Both the position numbers and the translations under genes were made by a program. The notes beneath the pieces were generated by a model, which was given only the letters and a program-made list of their open reading frames with translations, made no database searches and was not told the DNA's origin. Below, piece after piece: positions 8,153 to 17,700 of a stretch of 64,000 bases of DNA. How positions within the stretch are numbered: the first letter of the stretch is position 1; each line of letters starts with the position of its first letter. The DNA lies in contig JAQTMH010000004.1 in the NCBI GenBank assembly GCA_028714495.1, positions 64,232 through 128,231 on the forward strand, given 5' to 3'. This DNA comes from Patescibacteria group bacterium. GTDB taxonomy: Bacteria; Patescibacteriota; Patescibacteriia; JAHIZJ01.

Positions 8153-9499
8153 ATGAACTCGCCATTGAATCTGCCGAAAAAGATATTTCGTTCATACGAC
8201 ATTCGTGGAATTTACCCCACGGATATTAAACAAGAAGTGGCTTTTGTCATTGGTCAGGCGTTTGCCCAGTTAATCCAGGCAAAGAAGGTTGTGGTTGGTC
8301 GGGACGCCAGGCTGTCTTCGCCCGAACTCCACCAGGCGTTGATTGAGGGCTTGATAAATCAAGGAGTGGAGGTGCACGATTTGGGCTTAGTCCCATCCGA
8401 ATTGATTTATTTCGCGGTCGGGAAGTACGGCTATGATGGTGGGGCGATGATTACAGCCTCGCACAATTCCAAAGAATATAACGGTATTCGCTTTGTCAAC
8501 AACAAAGTCGAAATGTTGCCCGGAAAAGTAGTATACGAGTTTATTGCGAGTAAAAAGGCTTTTTCTCCCGCGGAAACACCGGGCCGGGTTGAATCTAAGA
8601 ATTATCTGACTGGCTATATTCAGCACGTGCTTTCATTTATTGACATTAACCAGGTCAAACCGTTAAAGATAGTAATTGACGCGGGCAACGGCGTGGCCAG
8701 TACCGTCATTCCGGAATTGGCCAAACGCTTGCCGATAAAAATATACCCATTATTTTTCGAGCTTGACGGAAATTTCCCGAGCCACTCACCTAACCCTGTT
8801 TTACCAGAAGCCCGGCTCGCCTGCAGTCAAAGTGTTCTAGAAAAAAAGGCTGATTTCGGGATACTCTTTGACGGCGACGCGGATCGGGCAATGCTTATGA
8901 CGGAAAAAGGCGAGTGGATACGCGGTGATATCGGCCTTCTGCTACTGGCGAAGCAGCTTTTGAAAAAAAATCCGGGCAAGGGTATTTCCTACAATGTCGT
9001 CTGCAGTCGCGCGATACCGGAAAAAATAATCGAATGGGGCGGACGACCATTGCGCACCCCCGTCGGTTTTGTGAATGTTTCCGGGGCGCTGCGGAAGTAT
9101 GATGGCGTACTGGGCGGCGAAACCTCAGCTCATTACTGCTTCCGTGATAATTATTACGCCGATTCGGGCATGATCGCTTTCGTTATAATAGTCCAGATGC
9201 TGTCTGAAGAGAATCAGACGATGTCGCAATTAGTTGCCGACTTGAATCCATATCATCGGATCGAAGAATATTTTACCATCGATGATCAACAGCCCATCAT
9301 CCAAGCCTTAAACCAAGACTATGCTGACGGGAAAAAAGATACCCTCGATGGTTTAACCGTCGAGTACGACGACTGGTGGTTTAATGTTCGGCCGTCGAAT
9401 ACTGAGCCGTTACTCCGATTGACAGTCGAGGCGAAAAGTGAGACACTTCTACGAGATAAACTCCATCAATTAAAAAAATATTTCATAACTAAAAGATAA
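8153..9499 (+). CDS. phosphomannomutase/phosphoglucomutase (alpha-D-phosphohexomutase)
   Basis: TASHNSKEYNGIRF active-site serine loop and GDGDADR metal-binding loop. Confidence 0.85.
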   Translation: MNSPLNLPKKIFRSYDIRGIYPTDIKQEVAFVIGQAFAQLIQAKKVVVGRDARLSSPELHQALIEGLINQGVEVHDLGLVPSELIYFAVGKYGYDGGAMITASHNSKEYNGIRFVNNKVEMLPGKVVYEFIASKKAFSPAETPGRVESKNYLTGYIQHVLSFIDINQVKPLKIVIDAGNGVASTVIPELAKRLPIKIYPLFFELDGNFPSHSPNPVLPEARLACSQSVLEKKADFGILFDGDADRAMLMTEKGEWIRGDIGLLLLAKQLLKKNPGKGISYNVVCSRAIPEKIIEWGGRPLRTPVGFVNVSGALRKYDGVLGGETSAHYCFRDNYYADSGMIAFVIIVQMLSEENQTMSQLVADLNPYHRIEEYFTIDDQQPIIQALNQDYADGKKDTLDGLTVEYDDWWFNVRPSNTEPLLRLTVEAKSETLLRDKLHQLKKYFITKR

Positions 9500-9508
9500 T
9501 CATTATTT

Positions 9509-10942
9509 ATGAAAATCAATCCGTTCGTTTTTCGTAACTATGATATCCGAGGAATTGTCGATGTTGATCTTGACGTTGAAAAAGTTGAAGCAATCGGCAA
9601 GGCGTATGGGACGTTTTTGCGGCGCCGGAAAATACGCCAAGCGGTCATTGGACGCGATTGCCGGTTAAGCGGTCCTGATTACCAAACCGCGATGATAAAA
9701 GGCATGACCGCGATGGGTATTGATATGGTTGACTTGGGAATGGTGATGACTCAAATGGTTTATTATGGCCACTACCGTTTTCAGACAAATGGCGGGGTCA
9801 TGATCACCGCCTCTCATAATCCTTGGAATTTCAATGGCTTTAAACTGGGCGTGGGTTATTCGCAAACAACGGAGCCGGAACACGTTCAGGAGATAAAAGA
9901 TATTGTTGATTCGGACAATTATTTTAAATCCGATGAAACAGGTAAGGTTGAAAAAGCCGATATTACCGAGGATTATTATCACGACGTCTTGAAGCGCGTC
10001 AGGCTGAAGAAAAAATACAAGGTCGTGGTTGATTCACATTTTGGTACGACCGGAATGTATATCCCCGAGATTCTTAAACGGGCTGGTTGCGAGGTTATCG
10101 CAAAAAATATAAAGGTAGATGGGCATTTTCCGGCTGGCACGCCAGATCCGACTGACGAAGCACTTATGAAAAAGGTCAGAGACATGGTTTTGGAAGAAAA
10201 GGCCGATGTGGGCTTTGCTTTCGACGGTGACGGTGATCGGATCGGCGTGGTTGATGAACAGGGACATATCCTTTGGAACGACGTGTTAGTGGCGATATTT
10301 GCCCAGGAAATTCTCAGCCGTTTTCCTAAGTCGAAGATTGTGTATAACACTCTCTGCTCGCAAGTTGTACCCTTGGTAGTGGAACAGGAAGGTGGCATAC
10401 CAGTAATCTGGCGGACCGGCCATTCGTTTATCAAGTCAAAAATAGCTAAAGAAAAGGCGGCCTTTGGCGGTGAATTATCGGGTCATTTCTTCTTTGCCGA
10501 CAATGCTTATGGTCACGATGACGGCTCATACGCCGCTTTACGTCTTCTGGAATATCTCTCTGACCGAAATCTGACGTTAAGCCAGGTTTATGAATCTTTC
10601 CCGCAATATATCTCATCACCAGAGATAAAGATCGGTTGCCCGGACGACAAGAAAGCCCAGGTGATAAAAGAGATATCGGTAAAATTTCAAAAGGATTTTC
10701 CCGAGGGAAAGGTGACTGATGAAAGAGTAATTCCAGGCGATGACGGTTGTCGGATTGATTTTAAGGACGGCATGATGATTTTCCGCTATTCACAAAACGG
10801 CCCATATATTACAGTAAAATTCGAAGCTAAGGATAAAGAGACTTACGAGAAACGCCGCCTTTATGTCCGCGATACACTCAAATCGTACCCGGACATGATT
10901 TGGGAAGACCAGCTCTGCGTTAATTTAGCCGTACTTGAATAA
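9509..10942 (+). CDS. phosphoglucomutase/phosphomannomutase paralog
   Basis: ITASHNPWNFNGFKL and FDGDGDRIG motifs. Confidence 0.85.
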   Translation: MKINPFVFRNYDIRGIVDVDLDVEKVEAIGKAYGTFLRRRKIRQAVIGRDCRLSGPDYQTAMIKGMTAMGIDMVDLGMVMTQMVYYGHYRFQTNGGVMITASHNPWNFNGFKLGVGYSQTTEPEHVQEIKDIVDSDNYFKSDETGKVEKADITEDYYHDVLKRVRLKKKYKVVVDSHFGTTGMYIPEILKRAGCEVIAKNIKVDGHFPAGTPDPTDEALMKKVRDMVLEEKADVGFAFDGDGDRIGVVDEQGHILWNDVLVAIFAQEILSRFPKSKIVYNTLCSQVVPLVVEQEGGIPVIWRTGHSFIKSKIAKEKAAFGGELSGHFFFADNAYGHDDGSYAALRLLEYLSDRNLTLSQVYESFPQYISSPEIKIGCPDDKKAQVIKEISVKFQKDFPEGKVTDERVIPGDDGCRIDFKDGMMIFRYSQNGPYITVKFEAKDKETYEKRRLYVRDTLKSYPDMIWEDQLCVNLAVLE

Positions 10943-10953
10943 CAAATAAAACT

Positions 10954-11805
10954 ATGAATAATAATCGTGCCAGGCAAGTCATCCAAACAGCTGTTCGTCG
11001 AGCCGGACGATTATTGCTGAAAAACTTCAACAAAGTTCAAAGGGTCGAACTTAAAACCCGGAAGGATTTAGTATTAGCCATAGACGTTCAACTCGAGAAG
11101 ATGATATTGCGCGACCTCCGCCGGCATTTTCCGGAATATAACACTCTATCTGAGCAACAGGGATTTTCGGATCATGGCTCAGCCTATACCTGGGTGCTTG
11201 ATCCGATGGACGGCTCAGTTAATTACTTTAATGGCGTATTACCCGTTTGCGTTGGCGTAGCCCTGGTTTATCGCAATACGATAATACTATCGGCTGTGTA
11301 TGAACCCCTGGAAAAAAGGTTTTATTTTGCCGAGCGTGGTCAGGGTGCCTGGCTGAACGGGCGGCAGATCAAGGTCAGTCGGCATACGGACATACACAAT
11401 ACGCTGGTAATGACGCATTTGTCATCACGCCGGATTGCTCGCGCGCTGACGCTGAAAACATTTGGCCGACTCTATGACCATGATATGCGGATTCGGATGA
11501 ACGGGTCAGGCATTGCCGCACTAGCCTATGTGGCGGCTGGGAAATTTGATGTTTTCTACAACATCCTAACCTATCCCTGGGACATAATTCCAGGCGCGCT
11601 CTTAGTGCAGGAAGCCGGCGGGAAAGTGACGGATTTTCAAGGGCGGCCGATTACCCTGAAATCAACTTCGGTTTTGGGAACGAACCGCAGGTTTCATTCA
11701 ACCCTTCTTCGGCTAGTCAAAGACGCCCATGTTCCCAGCGAGGTAATACATAAAGCGGTTTTTCGATCAATACACGGAGAGCAAGGATTGAGAAAAACCG
11801 CATGA
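10954..11805 (+). CDS. inositol monophosphatase family protein
   Basis: WVLDPMDGSVNY motif (IMPase family WxxDPxDGT). Confidence 0.75.
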   Translation: MNNNRARQVIQTAVRRAGRLLLKNFNKVQRVELKTRKDLVLAIDVQLEKMILRDLRRHFPEYNTLSEQQGFSDHGSAYTWVLDPMDGSVNYFNGVLPVCVGVALVYRNTIILSAVYEPLEKRFYFAERGQGAWLNGRQIKVSRHTDIHNTLVMTHLSSRRIARALTLKTFGRLYDHDMRIRMNGSGIAALAYVAAGKFDVFYNILTYPWDIIPGALLVQEAGGKVTDFQGRPITLKSTSVLGTNRRFHSTLLRLVKDAHVPSEVIHKAVFRSIHGEQGLRKTA

Positions 11806-12590
11806 TCGGTATTTTCGATTCAGGCATTGGCGGGCTGACAGTGGTAAAAGAGGTATTGAGGCAATTGCCGAATTACCAGATTGTTTATTTTGGCGACACT
11901 GCCCGGACACCCTATGGCAGCAAAAGTCCGGAAACAGTGACAAAATACGCGCTGCAAGACGCCCAGTTTTTAATTGACCAGGGCGCGCAGATTATTATCG
12001 TAGCCTGTCACACCGCCTCGGCAGTGGCAGCCGAGGAATTAAAAAAGCGTTTGGCTGTGCCGATTTTCGAAGTGGTCAGCCCAGCTATCCGAAAAGCGCT
12101 TGCCGTGACAACCAAGAAACGACTCGGGATTATCGGCACTTCAGCCACCATTGCCAGCGGAATATACCAGCGCCGGCTAAAAGAGGCGGATAGGGAATTG
12201 GAGCTGATAACCCAGGCTTGTCCGCTTTTTGTTCCATTGGTTGAAGAGCGCTGGGTGAAGAAACCGGAAACGAAAATGATTGCCAGACGCTATCTCTACC
12301 CCCTGAAACTTAAACAAATCGATACGCTGGTCCTCGCCTGCACGCATTACCCGCTCATGCGGGAGATTATTCAGCAGAAAATCGGCCAGCGGGTAAAGCT
12401 GGTGGATCCGGCCGCTGAGGTGGTTCAGGAGGTAGGCCAATATTTGAAACAACATCCGGAACTCGAACAAAAGCTCACCCGGGGCCAGGAACACAAATTT
12501 TATGTCAGTGATATCACGGATAAGACGCGGCAATCGGCCAAAGATTGGCTGGAGCGACCCGTGCGTCTTGAAAAACACCTGTTGGAATGA
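11802..12590 (+). CDS. murI: glutamate racemase
   Basis: IGIFDSGIGGLTV N-terminus and VACHTAS second active-site region. Confidence 0.85.
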   Translation: MIGIFDSGIGGLTVVKEVLRQLPNYQIVYFGDTARTPYGSKSPETVTKYALQDAQFLIDQGAQIIIVACHTASAVAAEELKKRLAVPIFEVVSPAIRKALAVTTKKRLGIIGTSATIASGIYQRRLKEADRELELITQACPLFVPLVEERWVKKPETKMIARRYLYPLKLKQIDTLVLACTHYPLMREIIQQKIGQRVKLVDPAAEVVQEVGQYLKQHPELEQKLTRGQEHKFYVSDITDKTRQSAKDWLERPVRLEKHLLE

Positions 12591-12736
12591 AAGGTAGGAC
12601 GCAGGTCTAATTAACAATTCAGAATGCAGAATGCAGAAGTAAGAAGGTCGGTTGTCCCGTTGCGGGACTTCAATAATTATTCCTACTGATCCCCGATCTA
12701 GTCGGGGATGAATTCTTAATTTCTTCATTCGACCAA

Positions 12737-12775
12737 AAAGAAAAAGAGCGCTGACAAGAGTGTCAGGCTCTAAGA
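12737..12775 (-). terminator. rho-independent terminator (minus strand) after ORF 12782..13108
   Basis: On the minus strand, hairpin GAGCCTGACA..TGTCAGCGCTC followed by TTTTTCTTTTT. Confidence 0.55.
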
Positions 12776-12781
12776 AGGTAC

Positions 12782-13108
12782 TCACGGAGCTTCGGGTTCC
12801 GCATGTTCTTCTTGGGTCGCGATGACTTCAGGGTTTTTCGGGTCATAGGGTCCCCACAAATCGACCAGATCCGGATTTCCGCCGGTCGTGAAAATGACCG
12901 GCTGCTTTAGGCCCATGCGATCAGTAAGCGGTGCGGCGGTGAAGGAAGGGCCTTCTGGACCCCAGGCTAGAACACGACCGTCCTCAGCGCAATAGATGTA
13001 TTCCATCCTGTCGTCATCGCACTCGATGTATGCGGGGTTGTCTGGTCCTTGGGGTAGAGAAGTGATCTGGCCGCTCCTCATGCCTTCTGGAAGTCTTAAA
13101 GAGCCCAT
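12782..13108 (-). CDS. hypothetical protein, GC-rich singleton
   Basis: 108-aa ORF with AGGAGGG SD. GC content is clearly above flanks. Confidence 0.5.
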   Translation of the reverse strand: MGSLRLPEGMRSGQITSLPQGPDNPAYIECDDDRMEYIYCAEDGRVLAWGPEGPSFTAAPLTDRMGLKQPVIFTTGGNPDLVDLWGPYDPKNPEVIATQEEHAEPEAP

Positions 13109-13290
13109 AATACCATCCCTCCTATGTTTCTGTTCGGTTGACAGCGATAACTCCTAATGTTTCAATCCATTCAGATTTCCTTATGGTAATACGTTCGGCA
13201 AAAAAAGCAAGGAGTAAGCTTTTAATAAAAAACGTAGGCGAGGATGATTATCCTCGCCAACGGTGAATATTTATTACCTAAGTATTTATA

Positions 13291-14463
13291 TTATAGGCCC
13301 ATCTTTTTTTTCACTTCAGCCAGCGTCTTTTGGGCGATTGGCCGGGCTTTTTTAGCGCCGTCATTGAGAATCTTCCAGACTTTTTTAGGTTCCTTTGCCA
13401 GATCAGCTCGTTTATTCTGGAAAGGATTGAGTTTTTTAACAATCGCGTCGGCCAGCGCTTCTTTCAATTCGGAGTAGCGGATAGTTTTATCAGCATAAGC
13501 GGATTCGAACTTCTTGATTTCAGCCGGAGCGCCAAATTCCTTCAAAAGCACGAATAGATTTTTCACGCCTGGGCTCATCTCACCGCCTTCAGAGCCGACA
13601 TCAGTAACGGCTCGGCTGATCTTTTCGCGGATGGTTCCGGGCGTGTCGGTTAAAGCGAGGTAGTGCTTTGGCCCAAGGGATTTGCTCATTTTCTTGGTCG
13701 GGTCAGCCAAAGACATAATCCGTTGGGCCTGTGACAGCTGAGCTTTTGGCACGATAAAGGTCTCGCCAAACTGGCTATTGAATTTTCGGGCAATTGTCCG
13801 GGTCAATTCCACATGCTGTTGCTGGTCTTCGCCTACTGGGACGATGTGGGTTTTATAAAGCAGGATATCGGCGGCCATGAGAATAGGATAATTTAACAAT
13901 CCCGCCTTAATAGTGTTTAGCTTCGCATCAAATTCAAGCATGCCTTCAACTAAATCTAATAATTTCTCAGCTGTTTTTGTAGCTCTAGAGATGCGGTTTG
14001 TAATATTAGAAATATCGTTACTTCCATTAAGTATATTTTCATTTATAACTTTCCACGTATTCTTTAAATGACGAAAATCTGAATCATTAATTGATATCTC
14101 AAATTTCGGTTCATATGATATTTTATCCTTCCACTGTGTCATTCTTCTAAGCTCCCCGACAGGAGTTACAGTATTCAATAACCACGCTAACTCTGAATGT
14201 TCTGGCACATGCGATTGGACAAAGATGATCGATTTCTTCGGATCCAAGCCAGCCGCGAGATAGTCCAGGGCAGCGTTAAAAATACGCTGCTGCATTTCCT
14301 CAGGCTCGTATTTAACTGTAATGGCGTGATAGTCGACAACGCAAAAAATACAGTCGCTGGTTTCCTGAAGAATCAACCACTGTTTAATCGCGCCCAGGTA
14401 ATTGCCGATGTGGAGCATGCCAGTGGGCTGGATGCCGGAGAAGATTTTAAGTTTTGAGGCCAT
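13291..14463 (-). CDS. trpS: tryptophanyl-tRNA synthetase (with ~70-aa AT-rich insertion)
   Basis: HIGH motif (GMLHIGNYLG) and KMSKS (KKMSKSLG). A TGnTACAAT promoter lies immediately upstream. Confidence 0.9.
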   Translation of the reverse strand: MASKLKIFSGIQPTGMLHIGNYLGAIKQWLILQETSDCIFCVVDYHAITVKYEPEEMQQRIFNAALDYLAAGLDPKKSIIFVQSHVPEHSELAWLLNTVTPVGELRRMTQWKDKISYEPKFEISINDSDFRHLKNTWKVINENILNGSNDISNITNRISRATKTAEKLLDLVEGMLEFDAKLNTIKAGLLNYPILMAADILLYKTHIVPVGEDQQQHVELTRTIARKFNSQFGETFIVPKAQLSQAQRIMSLADPTKKMSKSLGPKHYLALTDTPGTIREKISRAVTDVGSEGGEMSPGVKNLFVLLKEFGAPAEIKKFESAYADKTIRYSELKEALADAIVKKLNPFQNKRADLAKEPKKVWKILNDGAKKARPIAQKTLAEVKKKMGL

Positions 14464-14504
14464 AATGGTTATATTGTAGCACAGGAATTAGAAATGAAGA
14501 AGTT

Positions 14505-14624
14505 ATGCGCCGCCCCATAAAGACCATAAGTACCACTGTCATCCCGGACTTGATCCGGGATCCCATTATTTCTACTACAATGGGATCCTGAAACGAGTTC
14601 AGGATGACAGATGGGGGGCGGCGC
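14505..14624. repeat. 120-nt compound palindromic element (outer stem ATGCGCCGCCCCAT / ATGGGGGGCGGCGCAT enclosing three hairpins)
   Basis: Inverted repeats are read directly. It lies between the terminator and the trpS promoter. Confidence 0.6.
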
Positions 14625-14652
14625 ATTCGGTTGTTTTTACCACTTTCCCGGA

Positions 14653-14684
14653 TACCAAAACCCCATACCACGTTGGGTATGGGG
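14653..14684 (-). terminator. rho-independent terminator after large surface protein gene
   Basis: Minus strand CCCCATACCCAACGTGGTATGGGG followed by TTTTGG. Confidence 0.65.
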
Positions 14685-14711
14685 AATGGTTATTTGAATT
14701 ACTGAAGTTCT

Positions 14712-17700
14712 TTAGTAGCCTGGGGCGATAGTGATGCCGCCGCGGAAGCCCTTGTGGTGTGAGAAGAACTGGGACAAGGCTTTACCGTTCCGGTCAAAGG
14801 TCCTGATTTGCGGACCCATGCCCTGGCCTGGCGCAGTCACAATCTCATTCGTGCCATCGCCGTTTAAGTCAGCTACGAAGGAGGTGAAATTGCCTCTTAG
14901 GCTTGATGAATAAGCCCAGAACTGGGAGAGCACCTGGCCATTCTTGTCAAACACCCGGATCTGCGGACCGGCAGAGGAAATCGGAGAGACAACAATGTCG
15001 TTGTTGCCATTGCCATCAACATCGCCGACTGAGGCATTTACGCCGCCCCTGAAAGTCTCGGCGTAGGCGAAGAAGCGTTTGATTAGAGTGCCATCGCCTT
15101 TGAAGATAGCTACCTGCGGGCCAAGTCCGGCTTTTGGACTAACCACGATATCAGCTGTGCCGTCGCCATCAATGTCACCAGTCTTTATATTGTAACCGCC
15201 GCGGACAGTGGTGGCATAGGCGAAGAATTGGCTAACCTGGGTGCCGTCGTCTTTGAGGACCCGGATCTGCGGACCGGCATTGCTTTCCGGCGCCACCACC
15301 AATTCATTTATGCCATCACCATTGGTATCTCCAGTCGCCACGGTTAAGCCACCTTTGTAAGAGCTGGCATAGGCCATAAATTGATGTTTAACATCACCCT
15401 TGTAATTAAACACGCGTACTTGCGGGCCACCACCAGACATAGGTGAGGTGATTATTTCAGCGATGTTATCGCCATTGACATCAGCCGCGGTCAAATTTAC
15501 GCCCATTCTCACTTTTGAATCATAGGCGAAGAATTGGTATTTGAGTTTGCCAGCGTGATCGAAGACTCTTATTTGAGGACCAGCACCAGCGCCTGGAGCG
15601 ACAATTATCTCGACTTCGCCGTCGCCGTCAACATCAGCCGTTGTGGCCTGGATGCCGATGCGGAGCGTGGAGGCATAGGCGAAGAAGTTAGCAATCACTT
15701 TACCGTTCTCATTGGCAAGGATCACTTGCGGACCGCCGCCTGATAGCGGAGTGGCAATGATGTCGTAGTTATTGATTTCATTTCCGGTCGCGCCAGCGCC
15801 GGTAGCCAATGCGAAATTCGTGAAGTGATCAACTGAGAAGCAAACGACATTATTTTCAGTGTCCTGGGTAACTCCGTTAGGTAACTGCCAGGCGCCATTG
15901 GTAGAGTTATAATACTTAGCTACCAGGTCGTCTTCGTTGACCCCCACTTCATCCAGCACGGCTTGATCATAAGGGATGCAGATGGTTACGTTGCTATTGA
16001 ACGACTCGATCAATTGCTGATTGCTGTCCAGGGCCGAGAAGTCCCAAGCGAAATTGATCGGCTTGGTGTCGTTGGTTCGATAGATATTTATGTTCGGTGA
16101 AGCCATGAAGGTCACGTCGCCTTCAGTAGCCAGGGCGTTGGCCGGAATGCTTACAGTAGTGCCATCGGGTAGAGTGATGTTGTTTTGATTTGAAGCGGTA
16201 ATTTGCTGGGTTAAACCTTCGGGAATCGACCAGGCCTTCTTCTCCAGAGTGAATGATTTAGTAACCTCGCCTTTGGCAGAAATCGTCACCATCGCTTCGT
16301 CAGAACGGTAGAATCCTTCAGTTGTGCCCATTTCGCAGCCAATATACCAAGTTCCGATAATCAATGGGATTCGACCGGTACCATCCATTATTTCACCGCC
16401 GGAAAAGCCGCCATCAGGATTGAAGGCATGGCACCAACCGAAGTTTACTTTTGAACCGTCGGCAAATGAAGCATTGGCAATGACCGTGGCATCAGCTTGG
16501 CGGAACTGCATAGTTACCGTAGCGGGCGAAGTCGGTGTAACCGTAATATCCTGAGCCATTTCTGGAGGCATCCAGTTATTTTTTGCCATTTCCATACCGT
16601 TGCCAGAACCGCACTCATAGGTATCGGCGACCAGGCGAACCACGCCAGTGCCACCTCGAACTTCAGAACCGGCATTAATTTCCTTGCCCCCCTCGAAATC
16701 ACCAGTTACTTTATTTTCATGGGCTCTTCGGTTTGAACACCAGATATAACCATATGACACTGGATTGCCGGACGGGTCGAGCAAATTGACTGTAATTTGC
16801 GAATCAGCTCGATAGACGGTAACGACTTTAGTGACAGTGCCGCCAACCGGTACGGTAAATGGCGCCTGGTCTGGATTTGTCTGGACAAAGTCAGGATTAT
16901 TTCGGAACCAATAGTTTAAGAAGTAGGCCTTGCCGCCTTTGACCGGCAGATTGAAACTGCCATCGGCCTGAAGACGGGTGTTCATCCACATGCCGCCGCC
17001 GTCTGATCCGGCATTGACATCAGCTTCAACATTGGTAACCTTTGTGCCGTTTTGATCTTGGAAGAAGCCGATAATATTCGCGTCTGGCGGTATCATGGTT
17101 AGCTTAACATCTTTTGTCTCGCCGGCCGCGATAGCAACTTCCACCTCCTCTTTTAACAGGAGAGTGGCTTGGTCAGAGGGAGTCTGGGCTCCAACAACAA
17201 AGGTTTCCCCACCGATCAGATGAATAGTGGCGGATCCGTTTTGAATGCCGTTGCCGAATTGATCGCCCCCCTTATTCCCACCGCTCTTTTTGCGGGCATA
17301 GGCATAGCCGAACATATTATTAATAGCGTTGCCGTTCGCGTCAACTAATTTTACGTTTATCGTGGCGTCAGCCAACTGGACCACGATATCTTCTGCAGTA
17401 ACAGTTTGGTTGGCAGACAGTATATAAGAAGGTCTCGGACCCGATTGATTTTGAATGTAGGTAGAATCAGGACCTTGGTTTATGCTGCACTCCCATTCAC
17501 CCGGCCAGACCCAGGCAGTATAGCTGCCGTCAGCGCCGGTTTGACCCTGTGTCCAGCCAAAGCCCTGCCGTTGATTGCAATTGACTCCAAGACTGGCGAC
17601 TGGCGTACCGGTATTGGTAATAACCCGGCCGACAATCCTGCTGGTTTTTTCCGACATGGTTAAGGTGCCGAGGTCGAGAGTTTGGTTAGCCGCAACTGTT

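Noticed and set aside
14464-14711. T-box leader for trpS
   Set aside because: The TGnTACAAT promoter sits about 10 nt from the trpS ATG, so the structured palindrome lies upstream of the promoter. No T-box consensus (AAUUAGGGUGGUACCGCG) is present.
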